Assembly: GCF_001194135.2 (NCBI RefSeq)
Contig: NC_068984.1
Span: 39,886,452-39,950,451 of the forward strand
Source of the DNA: Octopus bimaculoides
Taxonomy: Eukaryota
Length of the DNA: 64,000 bases
Direction: 5' to 3'
A program made the position numbers and the translations under genes. The notes beneath the pieces were generated by a model. The model was not told the DNA's origin, did not search any database, and saw only the letters and a program-made list of their open reading frames with translations. Every line of letters starts with the position of its first letter. The first letter of the stretch is position 1. Positions 52,222 through 64,000 of the stretch are shown one piece after another.

Positions 52222-52432
52222 CCCTTTAGCATTTAAACCAGCCAAAAGTATTCTGCCTGTTTTATGTTCAAACTGGCCAGATCTGGTCTCTTACACCAAC
52301 CCGACAATATCGTTTTAAAAATTAACAGTTACCTCATCAAAATTTTATAGCTACAAGATAATACATGATCAGTTCAAAACAATGTGGATGAAAAAGCATT
52401 AATTTTGGTAGAATAATGCAAACACTAAAGGG
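52222..52432 (+). mobile_element. 211-bp piggyBac-type MITE
   Basis: TTAA-CCCTTTAG...CTAAAGGG-TTAA. Confidence 0.88.
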
Positions 52433-54058
52433 TTAACACGGGTCCTAGCCATCATCTTGTATATGGCACTTCTTCAATTGACATCCTTCACTAACATCAC
52501 ATTTATATTGGTACAACATCCACTCTTGCAAACTATACCTGATTTCTCTTACACTCCATTTTTCTCTCCAATCATTTATACTTTGTTGTTGCTAAGGCAC
52601 ACTAACAGACATCCATCAGCTTTCATACTTCCTCAAAATTCAATGCCCTTACATACCTACCATGCAACATTTCACTCCATACACAAGCATCGTAGTCTGT
52701 CCTTTACTTGGAGAAGGAACCCCTTTAGACTTTTTTTTTTTAATCACATTCTTACTCAGGTTATAGAATGCTTTCAGAATACCCAACTCTATTGTTGATT
52801 ACACAACAAAGATAACAAAAACTCCCAATTACTTCAAGGAAGCTTCCTTGGCATTAGAAGAAAATCATTTTGAGTTTTCTTACTGTTAAACATTTTTGAT
52901 AAAACCATTTAACACTTAATATAATACACCTATCAGTAAATATGTCCACAAGAAAACACAGTTCAAGAGACCCTCAAAATTTACAAATGTTTCATTAGAT
53001 TGCAATCCTAACCCGAAACACTGCTTTATCTAAAATATATAAGAATAGTCAGTATGAACTCAATACAAACAAAAGACTACATGAAAGATAAAGTGAAAAC
53101 TCTGACAAACCAAAACTTCAAAGAATTATTACCTGTTGGCTACAAAAGATTTCTGTAGTCTTTATCAGCAAGGCATATTACATAAAGTGTTTTTAAAAAG
53201 TGTTATTTGATAGCAAAACAAAAATATTAAGAGAGAAATAAGGGGGACATAACCCAAATAAAAAGGTCCAGAACATGTGAGGAGAGAGTCAAGCTGGACA
53301 TTAAACAGAATTAGATAGATATATATGCAAAAGGGAACAGGTAACATAAATGAATAGAATGCTGGGGTGAGAAAATGCAATGTGCAGTCAGTGAATTTTC
53401 TGTTGTAGAGGAAGATATGAGCAGGAATGATATCAGGACTTAGTAAACTGGGCTTCATAGATGAGATAATGAAAGACAGAGATGAGCATTGTTATGCTTT
53501 AACAGCCTATCCAACTCAAATTGCTATACAACAAAAGTATTAAAATGTTGGTGGGCAACACTTACGACAAAACTGAAAAGTGGTGGAAAGAGCAATATCC
53601 ATGAAATGAAAAAAAAATTTCAGTTTCATTATTTTCTCATGGTAAAACAGGATTACTAAAATGATTTTTAAAAAGTCAGATATTTAATGAACGTGTAATA
53701 AAAAATAAAAAATTATATTCCGTAGTTCATTCTCAACTCAGTTTCACTTTAAGACACATAGGATGAGGTGGTCCACGAACATTAAAAGAAGACGAGATGG
53801 CCACAATTGCCTTCAAATACAGTTTTGCTTGATAAGGGATTTAAACAATAACTGATTAATATTTATCTTTCATATTTTGCCTGTTTCAGTCACTGAACTG
53901 CGGTCATGCTGGGGCACACTATTATTTAGTCAATACTTATTTAGCAAATAAGACATATAATTCAATAACAAAAAATATGTAATTGAAAACAAAATTTCTT
54001 GTTAAAAACTACATGTAAAATATACAAAGCGACACATGGATAAGGAAGTGCAAAAATT

Positions 54059-54149
54059 GGCGAGAGTAAAGTATACGCACACCCGGTGTTTAGGGTTAGG
54101 GTTTTTGTTACGCCGAAAACGGGTGGTGTGTGTATTCTTTACCTCTGCC
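54059..54149. mobile_element. Second copy of the 91-bp MITE (inverted), 8-bp TSD caaaaatt
   Basis: Same TIRs and a (TTAGGG)2 core. Identical 8-mers on both flanks. Confidence 0.85.
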
Positions 54150-54372
54150 CAAAAATTATAGTTTCCTCTAACTTCACACATTCTATTCTCTTGAAGAATT
54201 AATTTCATGGATCAACTTAACTGAAGAACACTGTGAATAAGATTTTAACGACCTGCATATAAACTCAGGTACTGAATTGCCAATAAAATAGTTCAAATGG
54301 AGATAGGGGCTTTGTGAATCAGTCTTATTCAAGTGTACGAAAAATGTGGAAAAAATAATAATAATAATATAC

Positions 54373-55348
54373 NNNNNNNNNNNNNNNNNNNNNNNNNNNN
54401 NNNNNNNNNNNNNNNNNNNNNNNNNNNNNNNNNNNNNNNNNNNNNNNNNNNNNNNNNNNNNNNNNNNNNNNNNNNNNNNNNNNNNNNNNNNNNNNNNNNN
54501 NNNNNNNNNNNNNNNNNNNNNNNNNNNNNNNNNNNNNNNNNNNNNNNNNNNNNNNNNNNNNNNNNNNNNNNNNNNNNNNNNNNNNNNNNNNNNNNNNNNN
54601 NNNNNNNNNNNNNNNNNNNNNNNNNNNNNNNNNNNNNNNNNNNNNNNNNNNNNNNNNNNNNNNNNNNNNNNNNNNNNNNNNNNNNNNNNNNNNNNNNNNN
54701 NNNNNNNNNNNNNNNNNNNNNNNNNNNNNNNNNNNNNNNNNNNNNNNNNNNNNNNNNNNNNNNNNNNNNNNNNNNNNNNNNNNNNNNNNNNNNNNNNNNN
54801 NNNNNNNNNNNNNNNNNNNNNNNNNNNNNNNNNNNNNNNNNNNNNNNNNNNNNNNNNNNNNNNNNNNNNNNNNNNNNNNNNNNNNNNNNNNNNNNNNNNN
54901 NNNNNNNNNNNNNNNNNNNNNNNNNNNNNNNNNNNNNNNNNNNNNNNNNNNNNNNNNNNNNNNNNNNNNNNNNNNNNNNNNNNNNNNNNNNNNNNNNNNN
55001 NNNNNNNNNNNNNNNNNNNNNNNNNNNNNNNNNNNNNNNNNNNNNNNNNNNNNNNNNNNNNNNNNNNNNNNNNNNNNNNNNNNNNNNNNNNNNNNNNNNN
55101 NNNNNNNNNNNNNNNNNNNNNNNNNNNNNNNNNNNNNNNNNNNNNNNNNNNNNNNNNNNNNNNNNNNNNNNNNNNNNNNNNNNNNNNNNNNNNNNNNNNN
55201 NNNNNNNNNNNNNNNNNNNNNNNNNNNNNNNNNNNNNNNNNNNNNNNNNNNNNNNNNNNNNNNNNNNNNNNNNNNNNNNNNNNNNNNNNNNNNNNNNNNN
55301 NNNNNNNNNNNNNNNNNNNNNNNNNNNNNNNNNNNNNNNNNNNNNNNN
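54373..55348. other. Assembly gap (N run). A second, 10-N gap lies at 36173-36182
   Basis: Run of N. Confidence 1.
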
Positions 55349-56023
55349 CATACAGCAACGAAATTAAAATATTTCAAGTGGCGAAAGCAGTTTGGCAAAT
55401 CCCGTTCAACTCAAGTATTTGAAAACGGACCAAGAGTAAAATTGACAATGTCTGTATAGTAATTTCTACACACACACACATACATCATATTCACCACTAC
55501 TACTATTATTACTACTACTACTACTACTACCACCACCACCACAAATGCAATTTTTTTTTTTATTATTCGTTTTGCTGCCATTTGGTTAATTGAAATACAT
55601 ATAAACGTAAATATACCAAACTACTCAGGAAATCGCGTGAAACGGAAAGATTAAACTTTGACAAAAATAATGAAATAAATAAAACAAAAGTTGAAGGAGT
55701 AAAAACAATATAATTGAGTTTGCAGAAGTTTTATGTGTTTATGCCTGAATGTGCATGTGTGTGTGATTAAGGGAGAGTCCAAATATGTAAGGATGGACTA
55801 AAAAGGAAAATGGGATTCTGTCTATGTGAAAGTGAGCTTCTGGTAGCCAATTGAGGAAGTCAGAACCAGACCGCCTTAATATAACGTCATACAACATACT
55901 GTAACTATAATAAAGGACAAGAGAAGACGGACAGGAAAAAAAAACGAAAACGATTCTAAATGATATTAACCAGTTAACCCCCTAATCTGAAAATAAAAGA
56001 CATTAAATAAACTATTAACTTAC

Positions 56024-56219
56024 CTTAAACTGCAGCTTCTGGAAAAGGAGACGACCAATTTAGGTAGAGAATATGCAACTGTTTGTTTTGTTTTTTTTTT
56101 CCTCTTTTTCTTATATAAATCCAAATGTTGGTCGATATTACGTTTCAACTATCCACAGTGCCCAATTCGACGAGCAAAACACCAACACCTATCACGTGGA
56201 AATAAAATTGACCCACGAT
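56024..56219 (-). other. MEF2: Probable non-coding 5'UTR exon of MEF2
   Basis: ttctattacag acceptor (56220-56221) and AAG|GTAAGT donor (56018-56023). No ATG in 196 nt. CpG-retaining region upstream of the coding start. Confidence 0.6.
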
Positions 56220-56258
56220 CTGTAATAGAATTTAAGATATACATGTATATATATATAT

Positions 56259-56310
<52 letters not shown>

Positions 56311-57099
56311 GATTACATATAAACAGTAAATATCGTTTAAGGAAATCGAATATTAATACTGACAGCAAATACGGTAATTTTCATATGTTGCTTCTCTATA
56401 GTAGAAATTTTACGTTAGATCGACATTTACATAACTCTTCCTGATATTGTGTCAATAATTAAATTGTGTGTGTGTGTATATATACATATATATAATGTGT
56501 ATATATTTACAGAGGCGTGCATATATATATATATTTACATTATATGTTTATATATTTATATGTATAGTTATTTATACATAAATATATTTATATATATATA
56601 AGCAAAAAGACAGATGACCAACGTGCAATAACATACAATAATGTTAACATAGACAATAGAAGTTGTAACTCAATATAAAATTTGACAGTAATCAAAATAC
56701 ATTGAAGCAAAGAAGGAATTTTTACTGTTAAAACGTGTTAGATGCTGTTGTTGGTAGCAATCACATTTGCTTGCCAACTCCTTCCAATTGTATAACGCCA
56801 TTCCTAACAGAAACACACCAAACAAATCCGGCTGTGTTTATATACACAAGCTTACTAATCACGAACATTTTCAACTTAAGTCATTCTTCAATACGAGAGA
56901 AAAGCGAAGTAAAAATATCGGTGGTTTGATGCTATTTTTACTAACCAGTTGAAATCTGGCTGAGGAGAAATCTACAAGTCGTGCTATTTTAGGCATGGAA
57001 ATGACTTGGATATTTATAGCCAGTTTCACTAGCAATATGTTAATTAGTGGTGAGAAGGCAACTCGTGTACTTTTATAGTAAAGTTTACCTACAACAATG

Positions 57100-57700
57100 A
57101 ACTTGAATGATAAATGTATCGAATAAACAAGATCAATCAACTATAGGGATTAAAATTTTAGAATCCATATAATATCTAGAAAGTCAATTTTTAAGAGAAA
57201 GCGTTGGGACTAACTTCATTTAGCGGAAGACAATTACTCCGCGCTACTTCCTCACTAAAAGGAATAACTTTGAGGTAAGACATAATACAGATATTGTTTT
57301 CTACACATCTTAAAATTACAGAAAAACTTTCGGTAACAATTAACTAATAAACATGCTTTTAAAAATAGGTTGGGGTTCGAAAAAAAAAAGGACAAATTAA
57401 TAAGGAATCAGCAAAGTCATTTAATTTCAACACGCAATTTACCGACATCCACTCCTGGCAAGCTACTGCATCCAGCACGGAATTCCACTTTCAATGACGT
57501 CATGTAAATTGCCGTCTAGCAGTTACATACGAAAACACGGGAAGATAATCGTTCAGTCATGTCATTTTAAACGGAAGGGTGTGGATCAACAATTGTAAAC
57601 GACTAGATAAAAAGCTGACGATTTGTCTGTCAAAGTTGTGATGTAAGGAAGTAAATAGAAATGAATATGTAATTTCAGTTGATTTAAAGCCTCGAAAACA
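57100..57700 (-). promoter_or_regulatory. Candidate MEF2 promoter/first-exon region with palindromic CRE (ATGACGTCAT, 57494-57503)
   Basis: TE-free and CpG-retaining, with a perfect CRE palindrome and candidate donors at 57088 and 57443. TSS not determinable from sequence. Confidence 0.4.
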
Positions 57701-58624
57701 GTTGATCAGGCATCAGAACAATTCAATTATTAGTACGTAAAACTCAAGTAAAGATATATATTTGCATTGAAAAGAAAAATAAATTGGGGAGGAGTGATAT
57801 AAAGGCAAAATTGTGTCCTGTGAGGGGATGAAAATACTGATATACTTTTCTGATTTCCTTTAGAACCTGTGTATAATAACAATATTTAGAATAATTATAA
57901 ATTTCGTCTAAATGATAGTATTAAAAGATAACTGAAAAAATGAAAGCTAATAAATACATACAGACAAAGTAATAAATGCTTTATCGTAATGAATCGAGTT
58001 TTAACGTCAATTCTTTTGATGTAGAATTAAATATTTGTAATATGCTGAAGTTCAATTTACTGAACTATTTTGCAACTTTAAAGAGGCACTATGTATAGAG
58101 AGAAGGCGATATGGATGAGTTGTTATTTAACTCAGTCATAGCCCTGGTTGATCAGATTTATAATCAAAGGCTTTCCAGACGTGATCATCTTCTTGAGGGT
58201 TTTTTTAAGACTACAAAATTCAATGTTTCCTTCCTTTTTTAAAGAATGGAGTATTTTAACTGGTATTTTTAGCTGGTGGCGCGAATTGACTGCGTTCAAA
58301 ATCTGCTCAGATCATGTTTGGCTTTCGTCCTTCCGGGTTTAAGAAAATAAAGCACCAGTCAAGTACTAGGATGAATTTTGTAATGCCTCGTTGGTGTTAA
58401 TAGAATTACAGCAGAAAACAATACCCTGTTGAACAAATGGGTTACGAATTTTTTTAGTACTAAGCAAATCGCAAGTACATACGAATCTAAAAACACTCTT
58501 GCACTGAGAAAAACAATGAATAAAATTTTACAAATTCATAAGCATGCAACTTACTTTAAATTAGTGTTTAGGGTTTTAAGTCATTATTTATTTATTTATT
58601 CATTCATTCATTCATTCATTTTAG

Positions 58625-59345
58625 AGCGAGACGTTGGCATGTCTGTGTGGTTACGAAGCTCGCTTTCCAACCATCTGATTTCGGGTTCAATCCCTCTGCG
58701 TCCACTTTGGGGAAGTGTCTTCTACTATGGCCTTGTGTCAACCTGTGCCTTGTCAGTGAATTTGATAAACCTTGTAGAAGCCCTGTTGATTAAAACTGAA
58801 AGAAGTCTGTCGTTTATATCTTTTATCTGTTGTTTCAGTCATTAAACTGCGGCCATGCTGGGGTACCGCCCTGAAGAAGTTTAGTCGAATGAATCGACCC
58901 CTTTACTTTCTTTTCTAAGCCCGATACTTATTTTATCGGTGTCTTTTGTTGAACCGCTAAGTTACGAAATGTAAACATCCAGCACCGGTTGTCAAGTGGT
59001 GATGGGGGACAAACGCAGAAACACATATATATGACGGGTTTCTTTCAGTTTCCATCTACCAAATCCACTTACAAGGCTTTGGTTAGCCTGAGGTAATAGT
59101 AGAAGATATTTATCTGAGGTGGGATTGAACCCAGAACCATGTGGGAAGCAAACTTGTCCTCCACCACTGCTTAGTAACAAGTGTTGGTTTGCTTATGTCC
59201 CTGCAACTTCTGGGTTTGGCAAAAGAAACCAATGGAAAAAGTACCAGACTTAAAAACAAGTACTGGGGGAAAATTAGTTCAATTAAACTCTTCAAGGCAG
59301 TGCTCCAGCATGACCACAGTCCATTGATTGAAACAAGTAGATAAC
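58625..59345. mobile_element. Cluster of tRNA-derived SINE copies in both orientations
   Basis: Head gtgtggtt..ccaaccat..gggttcaatcc at about 58645, inverted head at 59037-59150, and gtttcagtcatt..tgcggccatgctggg-type modules. Confidence 0.75.
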
Positions 59346-60029
59346 AAGTAATCTATCTGTTTCATTTGGTTTGAACACTGATTATCATCAAGTGTCTTAT
59401 GATGGAATGTGTGCATATTAATTTGGACTCAAACTAGGAACCTTAGTTCAGGAGGCTCTCAGATTAGAAATAAAGCTTCTTAGTTTAAATACAGTACCAT
59501 ACAATGTACACTGTATTAATTAAATACAGTGCCATACACTGTAGAATAAGGCATTTGATGTTGATCAGTGGTAGAACAAGCAAAATGTAGTTCAGATGTG
59601 AATATTAAAAAACATGTTTTATGTATGAAGAGGAGGTTAATAAAATTATTTTAATTTTGTTAATGAGTAGTAAAAAGGTTGACAAGTACCAGCTCTTATC
59701 TTCTTTTTAAGTGCATGTCAAATGGTATAATAAATAGGGTTTCTCCAGTAAATGAAAGTTTCATTCCTTGTTTGTATTCCAGAATTTCCCTATGAAATAG
59801 TGTTGTTCTCTCCTTTGTCTTTATAAGACAAGAACAATATAAGAGGGCACATTTTATGCCCTCTGTAATGTTCTTGTCTCCTATTTTATGCTTCATATCC
59901 ACTGAAGATAGCTAGCATCTATTCATATGATTATGTGGAAACATAGTAAGAATCTAATAGTATAATTACTGATATCACATATATATGTGTAGTGGTAGAG
60001 AACATTATCAAATAGCTTAAAAGGAAGTT

Positions 60030-60385
60030 GGGTGGCAGGTATACAAGCAAGGGGAGAAATAGAAAAGAAATTTGCAAATTTTGGATGATGTGAAAATCAG
60101 ACATGAGATGTTCAGAGTTGCAAGTCTATGTATAAGGGACAACAGAGATGTCATTGTGAAAAAATGCGTTCAAAACAATGAAGGCACACTTTCCAATGCC
60201 TTTGATGAAAAGAAAGAGGCATGGAAGAGCTTTTATGAAAGGCTGTTGAACAGCAAGAATGAATGGTATAAACAGGGGTTATCTCATGCTGATTCTACTG
60301 GGAGACTAGCAATTCAATTTGATAATAGTGTGAGAGATAAAGTGATTGAGAACATGAAGGTAAGGAAAGCTGCTAGCCTATGAGG
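60030..60385 (+). mobile_element. RTE LINE internal fragment
   Basis: RDNRDV...KCVQNNEG.L....EKKEAWK..YERLLN..NEW. Same region as 49790-49960. Confidence 0.75.
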
Positions 60386-60389
60386 TAAG

Positions 60390-62650
60390 TATTTTTATCA
60401 GTGGGAATACTTACATCTATTAGTCTACAAGTATTTTTTTTCTTGTCTTCGATAATTATATCTGGTCAGTTAGCCTGGATCGTTCTGTCAGTGTTGACTG
60501 GAAAATCCCAGAGGATAGTGACATTTTTACTTTCAACGACTGGCTCAGGATGATGTTCATACCAGTAAGCAGGAGTGCCGATTTTGCAGTTTTTACATAT
60601 TTTCCAATGTACATACTGTCTTACCTTATCATGGTGATTTTTGTATACGTTTGGTGTCAGCACAGGACATCCAGAAACGAGATGGTCTATTGCTTCGTCA
60701 AATGAGTCAAAGAATCTTCATTTAGTGTCAGTACCATTTTGAAGAACATTAGCCTTGTAGTTTCTGGTTTACAAGCTTTGATCTTATGCCACCAATATGA
60801 AACCTTCAATCTCTGCTTTCAGTCCTGAACCTCCCAGCCACTGGTGGGTTGTTACTTGGTCTCCATCAGCATTTTGACTTAGGAGTATATACTGTCAATG
60901 CAAGGGTTCTGATTCCATTTCTCAATTTGTTTTTTCCTGTTCTTTTTTGCAGTCTGCTTGATTCGTTTTGCTTGCTTAGTGGTGGTGGTTTCATGTTCTT
61001 GACATTTTGCTACTTTCATGTTTGCATACACAAGCTGGAGTATCCAGTCTTCTGTACTAGATAAGTACCTGTTCATTGCTATTGTGAAGGTCTTATATCA
61101 CATTACTAATTGCATCATTCCTCATCCCTCACTACTTCTAGGTAGGTACATGTGGTCAAAGTCTGCTTTTAGGTGGTGCATGTTCTTTGATGTCAATAAT
61201 TTTCTAGGCTTCCTGTCCAGATGTTGGAGCTCTGTAGGATTCCAGTTAATAATGTTAAAATTGTATTGGACTACTGGAAGTGCCAGTGTGTTTATAGCTT
61301 CAATGAAATTTTTTGAATTGAGTTCAGTCTTCAATACAAGTCTTATTCACCTGTAGTACTCCTTTCTTATTTTTACCTTCATAGTAGCATGATGTATACC
61401 ATCGCCATGTTTTATTCCCGGGTATTTGCCTTAGCATTTCCCGATGTCATTATTAAACTCTTTAACAGTTGTTAGCAGCCCTAGTAGCTCCTGGTCATTC
61501 TTAGCATACAGCCTCAGATCATACATATAAACTAGATGGTTTATTATAGTGTTAAAAACTTTGTACCCATACCTGGTGTTATTCAGTTCATTTGAGAGTG
61601 GAATTAGTTCAATGCAAAAAATAATGGAGAACTGGAGTCACCTTGAAAGATGCCTAGTTTGATGCTGATGTTGTTGGATTGGTTCATCCCATTACTATGG
61701 TTTAAAAAGCAATGTGTGTTCCACTTGGCCATACTACTTTGTAAGAATTTGGAGACAACAGGAGAATTCTTGTATAACTCAAGGGCCTTGAGTATTTATG
61801 TGGGACACTATCAAATGCTTTCCTGTAGTCTATCCATGCCATATTTTATTTATGAGTACACCTTTTCCTCAACTTACAACCTTCCACACTTATGACCCTA
61901 AAAAATAAATGAATAAATAAAATATTGATTTTTGGATGTTGGTTCAGCTGCATGTACAATAACTATGGTAGTATCTGGCAACACAGACACTGCCCTCAGA
62001 CCCAAGCATCAACTACCTATCTCTCACTTAATCGCTTTCAAGCATCAGTTGCATGAATGAAAATAATGTTGAAAAATATAAATCCAACATACAACCTGTC
62101 AGTCGGAATAAAAGTCAGCTGTAAGTCAAGGAGAAGGTGTAATTGGTCTTTGCACCCATAAGAATTTCTTTTACAACGTTTTTGAGCTTGTGGAAGGATA
62201 GAGTTCTGTTCAAGGAAAATGTATATTTTTTCAGTTAGTATGGATGTGAGAATCTTGTAAGTGTTGAGACATGTTATTGGTTAGTAGTTCTTTGGAATTT
62301 TGTGTCTTCAGTTTTTGGTAGTAGGTATGTAGTTCCTTGAGTCAGCCAGACAGGTAGTTGCTGTGGGCTCTGAATGACATCAGTTAGAGATGCAGTGAGA
62401 TTCTGTCAAACAATTCGCCAGAATTTTGGAATCTGGTCCAGTCCTAGGGGTTTCCATTTATGAAACTTTCTAAGAACACATCTTAGCTCTTCTATTCCTA
62501 TTGCCTCCCATTTCTGTTCTTCAACTTCATCCAGTCTCCCTTTCTCACATTCTATCCAATCAGTTTCAGCATTATACCCTTTTTCGTTGCTTCATATCTT
62601 CTTTCAGAACTCTTCCATTTCCTCAGTCTTAAGTGACTCCTTTACTTCTA
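60390..62650 (-). mobile_element. R4/Dong-like (RT + restriction-like endonuclease) non-LTR retrotransposon, degenerate
   Basis: HDKVRQYVHWKIC..WYEHHPEPVVE....ILWDFPVNTDRTIQAN.PD and INTLALPV..Y.F.II.W motifs. Decayed RT at about 61400-62450. Confidence 0.85.
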
Positions 62651-62879
62651 TCTTACTTTTGCCAATTTCCCAATAAAATTTCTTTATTATTATTGTTGTT
62701 CTTGTTTTCATTGATGCTTTTTCTCTTCAGATGTCATACCAACACTATACCAAAAGAGCAAATGGCCAAAGTTCTTTTGGGTCATTTCTTCTACTTCAAC
62801 TTTCTAACACCCTCCTTAGAATCCTTGCTGTTTCTAACAAGGTGTTTTCTGAAACAGCCTCATTTTGATGGAAATTCTT

Positions 62880-63250
62880 AGCTAACTGTTTCAAATGTGC
62901 CAACCACAATCAATACCACTTCTACATACCTGATTCTCCATAGTGTTATGATTTCCTACTTCAGCTCCTGATATTTCTCCTCTTTCTCACTTTCCTTCTC
63001 ATTCATTCTGTGGTCCCATAGAGAAGCAATATCCACAATAATTGCTATATACTTTTTCTTATTTAAGACAACAATGTCCAGTTTATTGCTACAATAAAAT
63101 GGTCATTTTGGATGGTTTTGTCCCACGAGATATTATATTGTTCATTTTCAGCAATCCTTTCCGGTTGGTGCTCATACCATTTCTCACTTCTGCCTGTGTC
63201 TATTCATGACAAAGCTTCCAGTGAACCAATCTGACAACATTGTTGTGCCT
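62880..63250 (-). mobile_element. Second R4/Dong-like fragment (endonuclease region)
   Basis: Reverse complement reads WYEHQP.RIAENEQY.ISWD...LDIVVL...VDIAS.WD..EKE.EK.EKYQ.LK. Confidence 0.7.
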
Positions 63251-63717
63251 TCTCTTGTAGTCTTATAGTTATTGTTGTTGTTACTGTTGTCATTGTTTTG
63301 TTGTTAAATAAGATATTATAGTCTCATAATAGCTAAATTACTAATTGGGTTACACACGAGAAGTTGAGAACTAGCCCTGGCAATCATCAGAAATGACTGA
63401 AAGGAATAGAATAGTGCATGCTCTTCACCACTGGAGGTAAAAATATACTGTATAATAATATTATGAGTTTTAATTATTTCTTAATGTATTTCTCTTCAAA
63501 TATTTTTGTGTAAATATTGTACTGTGAATGTTAAGAAATTGTTATTTTCATGAATATTAGTTGTATTGTTTGTTTTATTGTTGTTGTTCAATATTTTTTC
63601 AAAAATACCACTGGAACACATTCTCACTTTGTAACATGAAAATCAATGGGAAAATTAACTTCACGTTATGGCAAAATTTTCAAGAATGCATCGCTTCCAT
63701 AACAAGACAGATACCCC

Positions 63718-64000
63718 GGGAACACTGACGGGGTCGGGGGCGTAGGAATACTTCTAGCGGAGAAATGGGTGGATAAGGTAATCGAGGTCGTTAGAGTAAG
63801 TGACAGAGTACTTAAGATCAGACTAGTGCTTCATCATAGATTAGCTACTGTCATCTCAGCCTATGCACCTCAACCTGGACTACCAGATGGTCTGAAAGAC
63901 CAATTCTATGACACCCTCTTGCAAACTACCTCGTCGACGAGTGACAGGGACCTTCTCTTTGTGGCTGGAGACTTCAACGGTCATGTCGGACGTCGTGCTG
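63718..64000 (+). mobile_element. Young RTE LINE, 5'-truncated within the APE endonuclease, runs off the right edge
   Basis: 94 codons without a stop: GNTDGVGGVGILLAEKWVDKV...ISAYAPQPG...FVAGDFNGHVG. GC- and CpG-rich. Confidence 0.92.

Noticed and set aside
54183-55422. Five long ORFs of 340-391 aa in the ORF track
   Set aside because: Artefacts of translating the N-gap.
57359-57368. MEF2 consensus site TTAAAAATAG (autoregulation)
   Set aside because: YTAWWWWTAR is expected roughly every couple of kb at this AT content; uninformative alone.

Overview
Eukaryotic, AT-rich, repeat-dense animal DNA. The RTE/SINE/mariner repertoire and (GAT)n-tailed repeats point to an Octopus-type cephalopod genome (inference). 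It has two N-gaps (36173-36182, 54373-55348). Two protein-coding genes could be reconstructed by hand, both on the minus strand. (1) A MEF2-family MADS-box transcription factor: 8 coding exons from 45482 to 31757, about 432-437 aa, with a probable 5'UTR exon at 56024-56219, a promoter region near 57.1-57.7 kb, and a probably spliced 3'UTR ending near 22740. (2) CMC2, a 67-aa twin-CX9C mitochondrial COX assembly protein in 3 exons from 15296 to 8149. A possible first exon of a third, unidentified minus-strand gene lies at 976-1200. The remainder is mobile DNA: mariner remnants, RTE, Tx1/L1-like, R4/Dong-like and Penelope-like retroelements, tRNA-derived SINEs, several MITEs and microsatellites. 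The most striking observation is a candidate 2-nt microexon (32320-32321) in the last coding intron of MEF2. Its inclusion would shift the final exon into a second, fully open frame and remove the SUMO-switch motif and the basic C-terminal motif. Also notable are a non-canonical MEF2-domain motif (NDTVVSQTN in place of NEPHESRTN), introns in the 3'UTR, and a 91-bp MITE carrying a TTAGGG core. All splice models are sequence-only predictions.
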